Below, piece by piece: positions 51,667-64,000 of a DNA stretch of 64,000 nucleotides (position 1 is its first letter; each line of letters starts with the position of its first letter). Under the pieces are notes generated by a model. It saw only the letters and a list, made by a program, of their open reading frames with translations, was not told the DNA's origin and did not search any database. A program made the translations under genes and the position numbers. The DNA is from Octopus sinensis (taxonomy: Eukaryota): NCBI RefSeq assembly GCF_006345805.1, contig NC_043000.1, forward strand, positions 56,854,001 through 56,918,000, read 5' to 3'.

Positions 51667-52914
51667 TTAACAGGATCCAAAGAGCGTAAGGACTGCATTG
51701 TGCTGCAATGTTTACTTGGCATGGTTTCTATGGTTCGATGCCCTTCCTGATGCCAACCACTTTACAGCATGAACTTGGAACCTTTTATCATGCCTCAAGC
51801 ACTAGTGAGGTCACCATGCAGCTTGCAAAACTATGGAGGTGGAGTGGAGAGGGCAAACTTGCAAAATCCATTTTTTAACATAATTCTATCAAAGAAAACT
51901 AAAAGTACATCAATGTCGTTTTCTCCTCCCATAGTTACAAACTATGGCAGTGTTTCACAGAAGAGACCTTGATAGTTCATGTAATGCATCATAAGAAATA
52001 AAAATCAATGTTACTCACAATTTTTTTTGTTAAAGACCTAAAAATCTATAGTAATAACTTTTACAAATTAATCACATATTCACATGATCTAGAGGATATA
52101 ATTTAGACTGGACAAATGCATGCATGAAAATACATTGTAGTGATACTGCAAACCATAGTAAGAATTTGTTATTAACGATCTGCCCATCACCCCTAAGTAA
52201 AGTGATAAATAACTTTAGAGATATATAAAAAGTTATCATCCAAGAGAAATGTGGAAAGAGTGACAATCAACCAAAAAGTTCTCTTTTCTTTAAGGAGTAT
52301 GTTGGTTTCTGAATCTATCTTGCTATAACTGTCACAAACTCAAAATAAATTAAAGTAAAAATCAAATCACTGACACAAGTGATTTGCATGTACTAAAAAT
52401 ACTGATAACTGATAACCCTCGTGTTCATTTACATTAATAACACCAGCAAATAATGCTGAAGACAAATCAAATCTTAGTTCTGTTTTAGGCAGATGTTTCT
52501 TTGTTTTCTGTTAGAAATCCATTCATGTCTTTCCTCCCCATGACCATACATCTCACCCTCTTCATACACTGTGCACTGCTTTCTCTTTTCCATCCACCCC
52601 TGCAACCTATTCATCAGCATGTCATCTCTCTTTTGAACCTCATCATTTCAACTGTGCTACCCCTACACTATCAGGCATCTCCTGCTCCACACATTCACTC
52701 CTGGCAACCCTGTCTCACCCATTCATACACACCTCATACCTTGTATGTCCACTCTGATACTTCATTTCCTCTTCCATCACTTTCCAATTCCTTCCCATCT
52801 TGTCCAAAATGTAAGTAACCATGTTGCTCCTCTGTGGCAAGAAACCTCTTCTGCTTTGACTCTGTTCTCTCATACCTTACCCTACTCTACTCCTTATCCT
52901 CCAAGCATGAAGTC

Positions 52915-53320
52915 TGCTTCCAAACCACATGGTTCTGGGTTCAGTCCCACTGTGTGGCACCATAGGCAAATACCTTCTACTCTAGCATCCAAAGCTTGGT
53001 GAGAGGATTTGATACACAGATGTATGCATGTATGCATGGCTATATGTGTGTGTGAGTGTGTGTCTGTGCATGAGTGTGTGTGTATGTTTGTGTCTCCTTG
53101 TCTAGACATAGCATAATAGTTGTTAAAATGAGTGTCATTGTCATACAGTGTCATTCATTTCCAATATTCCGGAAGATCATGTCTGGCCATGGGGAAATAT
53201 TACTTTGCTTGGAAACAGTTGAAGGTTAGCGACAGGAAGGGAATCCAACTACAGCAAATCTATCTCAGTAAACTCCATCCTACAAGCATGGAAAAGCATG
53301 TTAAAATGATGATGATGATA
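52915..53320 (+). mobile_element. SINE A2 (family-A core, RTE-like tail)
   Basis: CCACATGGTTCTGGGTTCAGTCCC head remnant, central (TG)n, GGTTAGCGACAGGAAGGGAATCC motif and (ATG)n tail. Confidence 0.7.
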
Positions 53321-53646
53321 CATAAAAACAGAACTCAATATATATTATGAGAGTTAAATATATTTTATTATTAAGAGGCTGATACAACCCACATTACTTT
53401 GAGTACGTTCTAGCTCATCAGATTGTTAGTCAGCAAATGCTGCTCAGCTGTCTCTTGTTATTCCACATGTGGAATAACAAAAAGGGTTAAACTGTTGCTG
53501 CTGTACAGATAATTTCTTTACATGCCCTAAACTAACCAACAGATGTGAGACTTAGAAACCATTTCCATTTCTCTTCACTATGACCCTAGACACTTGAGGA
53601 GCTAGATAGACAGTTACTCATGTAACTGGGTTAACCTGTTTGTTGA

Positions 53647-53836
<190 letters not shown>

Positions 53837-54177
53837 AACAAATTGAGGGAGTGGAACAGTTAAAATGCATGTTACATATTCTTCTTAGCTAACTGAAGCA
53901 CATGATGCAATTGTTATGCACTGGGCTTAGTTGCTAACCATGAGCTATATAGAATCTATCAGCTTATCAAATTTCCTTGCAACTTTGATATGAGTAAAAT
54001 GTGTGTAACTATAAATTGCTATGTATTTCATTGCCACTTGAAGCTTACCAACTTCCTACACTTGGATCATATTTTTATATATATATATAAAATTTAATAA
54101 GGGTAGAAATTGATATTAATCAATTAGGACCAGTGGTCTAGCATATTAAAAAAACCCGAAGATTAAAATATTTTTAC

Positions 54178-54366
54178 ATACAAAATTTAAAGGACTGACC
54201 ACTAAAAGTGAACGGTCAACATGCTAGATATACACGTCAAATCGCTATTTTCGACAAAGAATATGTTCTCAAATATTTGAGAACATATTCTTTGTGGAAA
54301 ATAGCGATTTGACGTGTATATCTAGCATGTTGACCGTCCATTTTTAGTGGTCAGTCCTTTAAATTT

Positions 54367-54371
<5 letters not shown>
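54178..54371. repeat. Spacer-less palindrome with 97-bp arms
   Basis: Centre ...GTTCTCAAAT|ATTTGAGAAC... lies between 54274 and 54275, with 3 mismatches over 97 bp. Confidence 0.95.
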
Positions 54372-54405
<34 letters not shown>

Positions 54406-55470
54406 TAATAAAAGAATGGTATATACCTGGTAGCATACTGGTAAAGCATGATCACTTTCACAGTGTTTGTTTTGTATTTTTTATAAATCACTACAATTGT
54501 TTCAACCCATCTACCATCGATCTCTCACAAGTTATATCTATTTATCACTCAATGCATCAGGTCTGCACTGTAAGATGCTCCTGAACCACTTTTTATGTAT
54601 CACACCTGTGAGGGATCAATGCTAGATGGGTCAAAACAATACCTGAGTACATCTCTGCAAACAATACCTCTTTATTCAAATGGATTATAGTGCCCAAAGT
54701 ATGACTGTTACATGAAACATAAATGTCTTCTCCAGATGGTGCTATTAGGTTAGTCATGGTGTGGCCCAATTCTGGCCAAGGAAGAGAGGGATAATTATGA
54801 ATGAAGAGATAAATACAAAGAAAGATGGAAAATGGACATGAAGTCAAGAGCAAAAACATGTGAGTGAAAAGTGAGGAAATGGTAGGAATAAAGGTGTATT
54901 GAAAAAAGAAGAGAATAAAGAAAGAAAAATAAAAAGAGCAAAGAATGAAAGAATCATTCTGTCAGTTTCATTATGTTATATGCTCAAGAGCATGTTATAA
55001 ATCTAAGTTTGAAGAATGTGGGGTAAAGAGGGGAGATCAAAAGGAATCTATTAAAGAGAAAGAAGGAATAGTAAAAAAAAAAAAACCCTTCCCATGACAA
55101 AGAGACAGTGAAACATTTTGTCAACTTGATTTAGTACAACTATCTGCATATAGTTGCGAATTCAATAAGATTTGGAAATCAAGTAAGGTTGGGCATCATT
55201 TTTCTAATCTATTAAGAAATAGCTTAATTAGCCCTGTTTACATAGGTACAATATATGTTACATTTAATAATCATAACTTGATACTGCATGGATTGAGGTC
55301 CCTATTGTCAGGCCCTGGATATTTGAAAATAGTGTTGACACTTACAGAATGTTAAATAGTAGCCCCAGTTTTCTGTAGCTACTGTAATTGTTGCATATAT
55401 AAATACATTAGCTGCTTCTTTCTCTGGGAAACAGCCAGTTTATACAGGTACCATATAGGTTACATAATGA

Positions 55471-55792
55471 AGGTGCATGGCTCAGTGGTTAGAGCGTTGG
55501 GCTCACAATCATGAGGTAGTGAAATCGATTCCCAGACCAGGCTGTGTGTTGTGTTCTTGAGCATGACACTTTATTTCACATTACTTCAGTTCACTCAGCT
55601 GTAACAATTAGTTGTGACATCATTGGCGGCAAGCTGTATTTGCCTTTCCCTTGGATAATATTGGTGGTGTGGAGAGGGGAGGCTGGTATAGATAGCAATT
55701 GCTGGTTTCCCATAAACCACTTTTACCCAGACTTGTGCCTCAGAGGGTAACTTTCTAGGTGCTATCCCATGGTCATTCATGACCAAAGTAGG
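55471..55792 (+). mobile_element. SINE C2
   Basis: GGTGCATGGCTCAGTGGTTAGAG A box, TCGATTCCC B box and TTCTTGAGCATGACACTTTATTTCAC core. Confidence 0.8.
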
Positions 55793-56308
55793 GTCATTAC
55801 CATAGGTTACATATCCATAACATAATCACATATACACATTAATACTCAGCAAAAAATATTTTCCCGTATTTTCAACCCTTATGCATCCCTCATACAAACA
55901 TAACATCTACATACAGATTTTGAATACTGAAATAAGCAGGTGTGCTTCACGAGGACACAGCTTGGATTTTAACCCTACCTACATTATATATTTATACATA
56001 TATAAGAAACAAGTTTAAAATGATGGTCATTGCATATTTTCCTTTATTGGAGCAAATAAAGGAAAAATATGTGATGACCATTATTTTTAATTTGTTTTGT
56101 AAAAAAACAGTTTGTCTGGAGCCCATCCACAGATTTACAATATTAAATTGTGATGAACCATAACTTTGGACCCTGCCACAAGATTACCTGGAGTTCTTCA
56201 CTAATCTAAGTAATACTGTAGGCCTGGTGTGCCAACAGAGAGCTTAGGAAGTATTTTTCCCGGATTGATAATCCCTCACTATTTGTTCTCTCTCTTTCTC
56301 TCTCTCAC

Positions 56309-56360
<52 letters not shown>

Positions 56361-56363
<3 letters not shown>

Positions 56364-56940
56364 GAAATATGTTACGAAAAGAAAATATAAAATACACATG
56401 GAAATGTAAGGGTAAAATATGAAAAATCAACGAAAATGCATATTGCAAATAGAAAAAGGCTCTTTATGACAGGTAGTGACAAATATATACATTTAGATTG
56501 ACTGAGGTAGTAATACGAGTCATAAAGGTCATCATTATGAGATGATTATAAGATGATAATAAAGTAAGAGAACAAAACGAACCAGTGGTTTACACAAAGG
56601 CTATTTATCGTTTGAACAACACCAGTTAATATATGGTGTCAGATATATATATATATATAAAACAATTATAAAGAATACAAAGACTGGTACATCTAATTTT
56701 TCATTTAATTCAACAGTTAACTATACAGCATAATTATTTAGTTAAAATGACTGATACGTGTCTGCTACATGGAGTATGTGCAGTTGCATGTGCAATCCAC
56801 AATATTCTACTATGCACCTTCATTCCTTAATGCTTTGCTTCTCAATACTTGATGTTGTTAGCTGGGACCTGGCTTTATACCTGAGAACAATTACTGTACC
56901 CGCCTGAATAATTTATCCCTATATACACATCATATATATG

Positions 56941-56987
<47 letters not shown>

Positions 56988-57253
56988 TAGCCAGTGTTTT
57001 TCAAGCGATGAATAGCTTTGCGTAAACCATGGTTCGCTTTGTTTTCTTACTTTATTATTATCTTATAATCATCTCATAATAATGACTTTTATGACTCTTA
57101 TTACTACCTAGTCAATCTAAATGTATATATTTGTCGTTACCTGTCATAAATAACCGTTTTTTTATTTGCAATGTGCATTTTCGTTGATTTTTCATATTTT
57201 ACCCTTACATTTCCACGTGTATTTTATATTTTGTTTTTCTAACATATTTCTAC
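56361..57253. repeat. Inverted pair of ~270-bp AT-rich repeats (56361-56630 and 56986-57253)
   Basis: GTAGAAATATGTTA... vs ...TAACATATTTCTAC, roughly 85-90% identical by eye. Each arm is bounded by (TA)n. Confidence 0.88.
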
Positions 57254-57311
<58 letters not shown>

Positions 57312-57631
57312 ATGTATACTGTTCTCTATAATTATATTCTACTATTCATGCAAAAAGCATGCAGGTGTGAAATCAATAGACGGAATATTATGCAAATTTA
57401 TAAAATATGCAAATAATCATTCCTTAATGCTAGCTCTTTGATAATGGCTGTCAAACTGCTAAAAGAAATAGAATGCAAAATATAAAAAACAAAATTCTCT
57501 GCACCTAATTTCACTGCTTCAGTACAATACAAGACTACACAGAACAACCAATCAGTAGTAGTATTTCTACAAATCAAGTTCTACCATCACCCTGTCTAAC
57601 CTTTGTTTTTATATATTGTTACCTGTGTGTA

Positions 57632-57668
<37 letters not shown>

Positions 57669-57956
57669 CTTTCTTGTCTTCCTCATTCACTCCTCTGCTT
57701 CCTTCCTTCTTTATGATGGCATCTGACTTTTTGAAGTGGTAACATTTTCTTTCTCATTAGCTGTAATTTATTTTCCATTTTAATAAAAGTTTTGACATGT
57801 CTGTTATACAGATAACAATTATCATAATTATTGGAAAATATGGAATTAGTGTTATTTAGTGCTGAATACAAGAAGTCATTGGATTGGACGAGTTGCACAG
57901 AAATGTGCAAAAGTATTAGTGAGTCAATTTTTGTGTATTTCAAATACATACACACA

Positions 57957-58018
<62 letters not shown>

Positions 58019-58151
58019 TGCACGTGCGCACATGCGTGTGTAAAGAGAAAGTGTATGGTTGATAAGTACTAATGCACAAAACTCGCAGCCCTTGAGTCAC
58101 TCTGTTACTTCTGCTTAATATTCATATATATATATATATATATATATATAC

Positions 58152-58427
58152 AAAACAATTGCAGCATGGTAGGTGTTTATAAGCCATTTAAGAAACACAC
58201 AAAAGCCATTCGATTCACTTCAACATTTAACTTTAATTTGTCAAAATATTTTCGTCGCTAAAATCCACGACCTGTTCATTGACAAATTAAACTTAAATGT
58301 TGAAGTGAATTGAATGGCTTTTGTGTGTTTCTTAAATGGCTTACAAACACCTTCCACGCTGCAATTGTTTTCGTTCCAGCACACGATCTCAGATCACATC
58401 ACTTGCTATGCGAGTACATCTCCGTAA
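58152..58427. mobile_element. Fold-back copy of the 6.5-kb Penelope-like repeat
   Basis: Arms 58152-58244 and 58278-58371 (5 substitutions, 1 indel) with a 33-nt spacer. Bases 58372-58427 match 6469-6528 inverted. Flanked by (TA)n. Confidence 0.75.
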
Positions 58428-58621
58428 TATATATATATATATATATATATATACATTTCCATTTGTGTCTTTCGTTGCTCAAAAGAATAGTTGATATTCC
58501 ATGTACTCGTGCTTCGAATTTTTTTGTTGTACATATTTTGTGATGTCCTGTGCCCACATATGCATATATATATATATACATATGTATGTATGTACATATA
58601 TGCATGTATATGTGCATATAT

Positions 58622-59029
58622 ACTCTTTTACTCTTTTACTTGTTTCAGTCATTTGACTGCAGCCATGCTGGAGCACCACCTTTAATTGAGCAACTCGACC
58701 CCGGGACTTATTCTTTGTAAGCCCAGGCCCAGTACTTATTCTATCGGTCTCTTTTGCTGAACCGCTAAGTGACAGGGACATAAACACACCAGCATCAGTT
58801 GTCAAGCAATACTAGGGGGACAGACACACAAACACGCACGCACATATATATATATATACATATATATGACGGGCTTCTTTCAGTTTCCGTCTACCAAATC
58901 CACTTACAAGGCTTTGGTCGGCCCGAGGCTATAGTAGAAGACACTTGCCCAAGGTGCCACGCAGTGGGACTGAACCCGGAACCATGTGGTTGGTAAGCAA
59001 GCTACTTACCACACAGCCACTCCTGCACC
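58622..59029 (-). mobile_element. SINE A, full length, CpG-rich (young)
   Basis: Reverse complement of family A, inserted in (TA)n. Confidence 0.92.
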
Positions 59030-59972
59030 TATATATATATATTATTTATATTATTGTATGACTGAATGCCACACATCCTCTTCCAAGTAAGTTTTATCTT
59101 AAATAATTCTGATGTGCACACTATACGATCTTTTTACTCTTTTGTTTTTCTCTCTTATTCTTTTACCTCTTCTTCTCCCACTATTCTATCCTATTACTCT
59201 GTCACTCACTCTCCCTCACTCCTCCTCCCTTGCTCACGTGGCTGCCACATGACCATCAGCCATCTTTCTTTCTCTACATTGTAGCTGGAACAAGGAAGAC
59301 ATGTTTATGTTTGTCTCCTGTCCTAGCTTGATTTATGCATTTGCACCACAACCTCATTTAGGCTTAGCAGCCCTTCTTGTTTGTTTTCACTGTCCTGTTT
59401 GTGTTACCAATTTTGATCCTCAGCAAAATCCCAAATTTTATTTAATTTGCATTGCAAGAGTAACTGCTTTATTGAAAGCGTATATTGTTGTTAAATGCTC
59501 GAAATACAAGACTAGAAAAACAGCCAACAACTGATGAAAGGTCATTCTTTATGTTGTTTGCTTTGTTTCCCATTTGTGTCTTACGTTGTTTGAAAGAATA
59601 GTTCATGTTCCATGTACTCATGCTTCATATTTTTTTGTTGTACATGTTTTGTAACGTCCTGTGCCTCCATATGTATATATATATATATATGTATGTATGT
59701 ATGTATAGATATACGTATGTATACATGCTTATATATATATGCATATGTATGTATGTAAAGATATATGTATGTATGTAAAGATATACGTATGTATACATGC
59801 TTATATATATATTATTTATATTATTATATGATTGACCGCCACGCATCCTCTTGCAAGGATGATCCGGTTCTTGACTGAAGATTAGAGGCTTCGAATGACC
59901 CGTCCGTTTTTTGTGTCGTCTATTTGAATATTTTGCGTTCTTGTCCCATTTTGTATTTTCATATATATTTTT

Positions 59973-60029
<57 letters not shown>

Positions 60030-61026
60030 TACATATATATGTGTACACATATATACATATACACACATATATACATGTATGTATGTGTGTATATGTGTGT
60101 GTATGTATGTATCCATATTCGTTCATATTCTTATATAAATATTTTTAATTGATTTTTGTTTGTTTGTTTTTTTATATGTTATTAACATTTTCCATATGAT
60201 ATCATGTTTAGGATAAAATATTTCATTGCTTCTTTAGTTTCTTCAGAACTTTAAAGGATAAAATCTTAGACAGCCTTTGTGAGTTTTAAAGAACTATACG
60301 TGTTGGCCATGCTGGCTGCATATAATAGAAAACAGTGATTTCTCTGAATGGTTTATATTATTTCATGTAAGAAAATTTAGCTTAATGAAACTCTGAATGA
60401 GGAGATAAAGAATCATGTCTTTAATAATGGTTTCATATGGTGCTGAACTGTTTTTCTCAAGTTAACGTTCTTTTTTCGTTTTTCGTTTGTTTATTTTTCA
60501 ATAAAAGTAGGTAAATAATAAATAAAAGAAACAATCTTATAAAAATATTTATATTTTGATGTGAAATATAAAAACTTTAATTCAAGAAAGAAAAAAAAAA
60601 TTCCCTAAAGCCAAACAAATGGAAAATAATCTTCCCATCTTCCAACTCTTACTCACACCATTTGTTTCATATTATGGCACTCACATAATAACACATATGC
60701 AAAACAAATGGAAGAAAATATATAAATAAAACAATCACTTTGTAAATAAAGGTTTGACAAAAAATACATTTATCAAAACTGCTATTTGTCTGTTTTGTCC
60801 CAGGTGGTTCTAGTAACACACACACACACACACATGTATGTACGTATTATATATCAACTTAGTCTTTATTGTTTAATATTTTGATAACAGATGAGAAAGT
60901 CAATTATAAACATTTTTTACTGCAATTATACTTTGCTCTTTTGACTGCTGTGAACCAATATTTACTGGGGTTTTTTATATTTACAAATTTCTTTTTCTCA
61001 AAATGAGAGAAATGTTTATCAAATAA

Positions 61027-61087
<61 letters not shown>

Positions 61088-61574
61088 GTAGATAGCAGAC
61101 AGCTGGTAATAGCAATGTTTGGGATGCAAAAATATCCCGGGCATTCTGAACCTAAAATTCTTTTGATTCTCTGTTATTCCTGTGGTCGCTCTATTGTTCT
61201 CAAAAATTGTAATGTTTTTGTGAACTGTTTAGCAATTCCAATCTTTTCAAGGTGGTTTTGAAATACATTTTGCAACATTCTTTGAAACATTTTCTGTGGA
61301 AATTTTGTTTGGGCAGTAACTGGTATAAATTATGAGTTATATGACTTTGTCTACTCACATAGCTGAACTGGGGTTTCATTAAGGATATTGATACTGCAAA
61401 TGTCTGCAGAGAAATCTATTAGAAAATGAAGATAAATCAGACATTTAGGTGACAGCAAGGCAGTTGTTTGGCATACATTACTAGCAGCTGAATAACTTTA
61501 AAAAATAAAAAAATTCCAATAATATACTCTTCAATTCAAGTTTTTTTCAATGGTTGGATACTGCTGTTATACAC

Positions 61575-61810
61575 ATCATCATCATTCTTTAGTGTCTATT
61601 TTGCATTCTGGCATGAGCAGGACAGTTTGACCAGAGTTGGCAAGTTGAAGAGCTGCACCAAATTCCATTCTGATTTGGCTTGGTTTTTACAGCCTTTCCT
61701 AATACCAACTACATTGCAGTGTCTGCTGGGTGCTTTTAACATGGCATGGCATGAGTGCTTTATATGTAGCACTGGCACAAGCACTTTCTATGTGGTACTG
61801 GTACTCCACT
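61575..61810 (-). mobile_element. RTE LINE 3' fragment
   Basis: (ATC)n tail and CCTTTCCTAATACCAACTAC motif. Confidence 0.7.
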
Positions 61811-62261
61811 CTAGCAGGCCAATCTTCTTCACCAGGGAGAGTGGCCTTAACACTTCTGCTGTGGAGGAATGTTAGACACATGTGTTAGACGCATGTAGAC
61901 AAGTAAACTGCTGAAGGATTGACTTGTATTTCATAACCTTGATATCTACTTTATTAAACTTTTCATTACCAAACCATCTGAAGCATTCCTGATTCTACAA
62001 TATAAAACCATCCATTTTAATGTGCTTATATCTAAATGTAAACATTCTATAATCATTTTATGTAAGAACACTTTGTAATATTCTATACACCGTTTTAATA
62101 AAGGAACTATTAATTATTTTACTAAATCCCTTCAATTGCTTCATTATTTTCAGGATTAATTGAAACATTAGGACAGTGTATTCTATTAGAAATACGATTA
62201 CAGATGAGTTAATGATGGCATCATTCTGAAACAGCGTGTTCTCAAATGTCTGAGGTCAGAG

Positions 62262-62605
62262 CTGGATGTTCTTCCTAACGCCAACCACGCTAAGAGTGTA
62301 GTAGGTGCTTTTACATGTCACCAGCACAAGGGCCAGTCAGGCGGTACTGGCAACGGCCATGCTCAAATGGTGTTTTTACATGCCACCTGCACAAGAGCCA
62401 TTCTAGTGGCACTGGCAACGATCTTCCTTGAATACTTTTTCACATGCCACCGGCATAAGTGCCAGTAAGGTGACGCTGGTAACGATCACGCTCGAATGGT
62501 GTGTTTTACATGCCACCAGCATGGAAGCCAGTTAGCTGCTCTGACAATGAACATGCTCGGATGGTGCTCTTAGCGCTCCACTAGCACAGATGCCAGTCAT
62601 CAAAT
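62262..62605 (-). mobile_element. RTE-type 3' UTR with ~65-bp tandem units
   Basis: Units start at about 62305, 62370, 62432, 62499 and 62564 (TTTTACATGCCACC..GCAC). Confidence 0.75.
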
Positions 62606-62608
62606 TGG

Positions 62609-62668
<60 letters not shown>

Positions 62669-62765
62669 TATGTATATATATATATACATACATATATATA
62701 TATATAATATATATATATATATACACATACATACATACATATATACATACATATATATATATATA

Positions 62766-62800
62766 CTAGCTAGTGTACCAGGCAATTCCCAGAGGTAACG
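62766..62800 (-). mobile_element. Helitron-like 3' end (element extends rightwards, extent unresolved)
   Basis: Minus strand reads CTGGGAATTGCCTGG (hairpin-like), then ACACTAGCTAG|T. This resembles the 3' end at 43021-43050. Confidence 0.45.
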
Positions 62801-64000
62801 ATGTTCTATTGAAATACCTTATTACTCTGACATAAGAAAGCAATTTCATTATGACTGACACAAAAGGTGTATTTTCTGTCACAAAAAGTACAAAAAGCTG
62901 TCAACTAGAGGAGAGAGAGATTGTTGGAGGTTGGCGAGAAAGTACTGACTCGTTATGGCATTTTAAAGGTGAACTTTATGAAGGCTAATTTATTAAATGG
63001 GATATATAAATGTAGTATATATGTATATAAATATATGAATGAAGTGTTTAATATTTAAGAATGAAATGAAGAAAGTGCAATAATAACATTCACACTCACT
63101 GATGGTCACTCTCAGTAACTGCCTTTAGCTTACGGAGTTCTTGTTTTTATAACTATGAAAAAGCAGCCAGAAGGATAGACATATTAAGAACAAATGATTT
63201 TGTTGGAGGTCTCTTATCTCCATTCCAGCTCCTGGTGGCCTAGAAGGGTCAAGTGGCAAAGACATTATTCTGCTTAGTGAAGGCATCTGGAAAATGTATA
63301 ACTGCTGTCATTCACAGAAAAACCATTGTTTTACGATGAGAAAAGCGATGTTGAAATGTTAAGTGAAATTTGGCAATCAAGGATCAAATTCATGCTATAC
63401 CTACATGAAACCACTACAGATACGTTGTGGAATAGAAAATTTATCTACTGTCATGGAAAAAATGTAACTGTAAAAATGCAGAATTATCGGAGTAATGGGA
63501 ATTCAAAAAACTATGTATGTATAGAAATATATGAATGAAGTCTTTAATGTTTAAGATTCAAATCAAGGAAGTGCAATATTAATGTTTAGCAGTTCAAAAC
63601 TGTGAGTAGTGAAATGCAGAATTAGGTCGGCTGATTGTTAGAATCAAATATTGATTGCTTCGCTGAGAACTGCAGGTGGTATGGATTATTTCCCTTGGGT
63701 TGTTTAAATAAAATACTAGTAATATGTAGCAGATAGATGGATCCATTAGAGGTACCCTATTATCGATCTTTTCAACAATCTAAGTATGTCATGAGGTTTC
63801 CAGGCATGAGTTCTACTCACATGTCAAATAAAGTATGAAAGTGACATTGTCTGCAAAAATTAGAAATTGGACACAAAAAAAATAATATTCAAAGTAACTA
63901 AAGATAAACAGTGAAACCTGTAAAATATTTCTAAATTTGATGGCTCAATTAGTTTCATGAAAATGTTATATGAACTATAAATAAGCAATAAATATTATGA

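Noticed and set aside
55346-55423. Minus-strand 78-nt exon candidate (KEAANVFIYATITVATENWGYYLTF)
   Set aside because: Splice sites are good, but no compatible neighbour was found. Joining it to the 61359-61403 candidate creates a TAG. It is within chance expectation and needs RNA-seq.
59870-59910. CTGAAGA...GAAT...GTC as a hammerhead
   Set aside because: The GAAA box is broken and no stem I pairing is found.
61206-61403. Minus-strand 45-nt exon candidate and adjacent open frames with faint similarity to a gypsy RT (FQRMLQNVF)
   Set aside because: It would require a 39-nt intron, has no YxDD motif and contains in-frame stops.
62305-62600. Regularly spaced repeats superficially like a CRISPR array
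   Set aside because: The whole unit is degenerate with no unique spacers, it lies inside an RTE 3' UTR, and the context is eukaryotic with no cas genes.

Overview
This is AT-rich eukaryotic non-coding DNA, most consistent with an octopus or other coleoid cephalopod genome. That assignment is inferred from the SINE families, RTE 3' ends with (ATG)n tails and very dense microsatellites. No long ORF, rRNA, true tRNA or CRISPR array is supported; the ORF-track entries are almost all low-complexity or transposon-derived. The window is a mosaic of at least three tRNA-derived SINE head families with swappable tails, 5'-truncated RTE LINEs, decayed piggyBac, Tc1 and mariner transposases, TTAA- and TA-flanked MITEs, Helitron-like elements and Penelope-like fragments. 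A weakly supported chain of three in-phase small exons lies on the + strand at 15.0-17.4 kb. The most unusual signal is a set of fold-back structures: two divergent minimal hammerhead-ribozyme motifs in one hairpin (6.3-6.45 kb), a spacer-less 194-bp palindrome (54.2 kb), an inverted duplication with ~286-bp arms (47.1-48.3 kb) and several other long inverted repeats. There is also a ~145-bp dimeric higher-order satellite built from (TG)n and an interstitial telomere-like tract. All alignments and identities were done by eye, and repeat boundaries are approximate.
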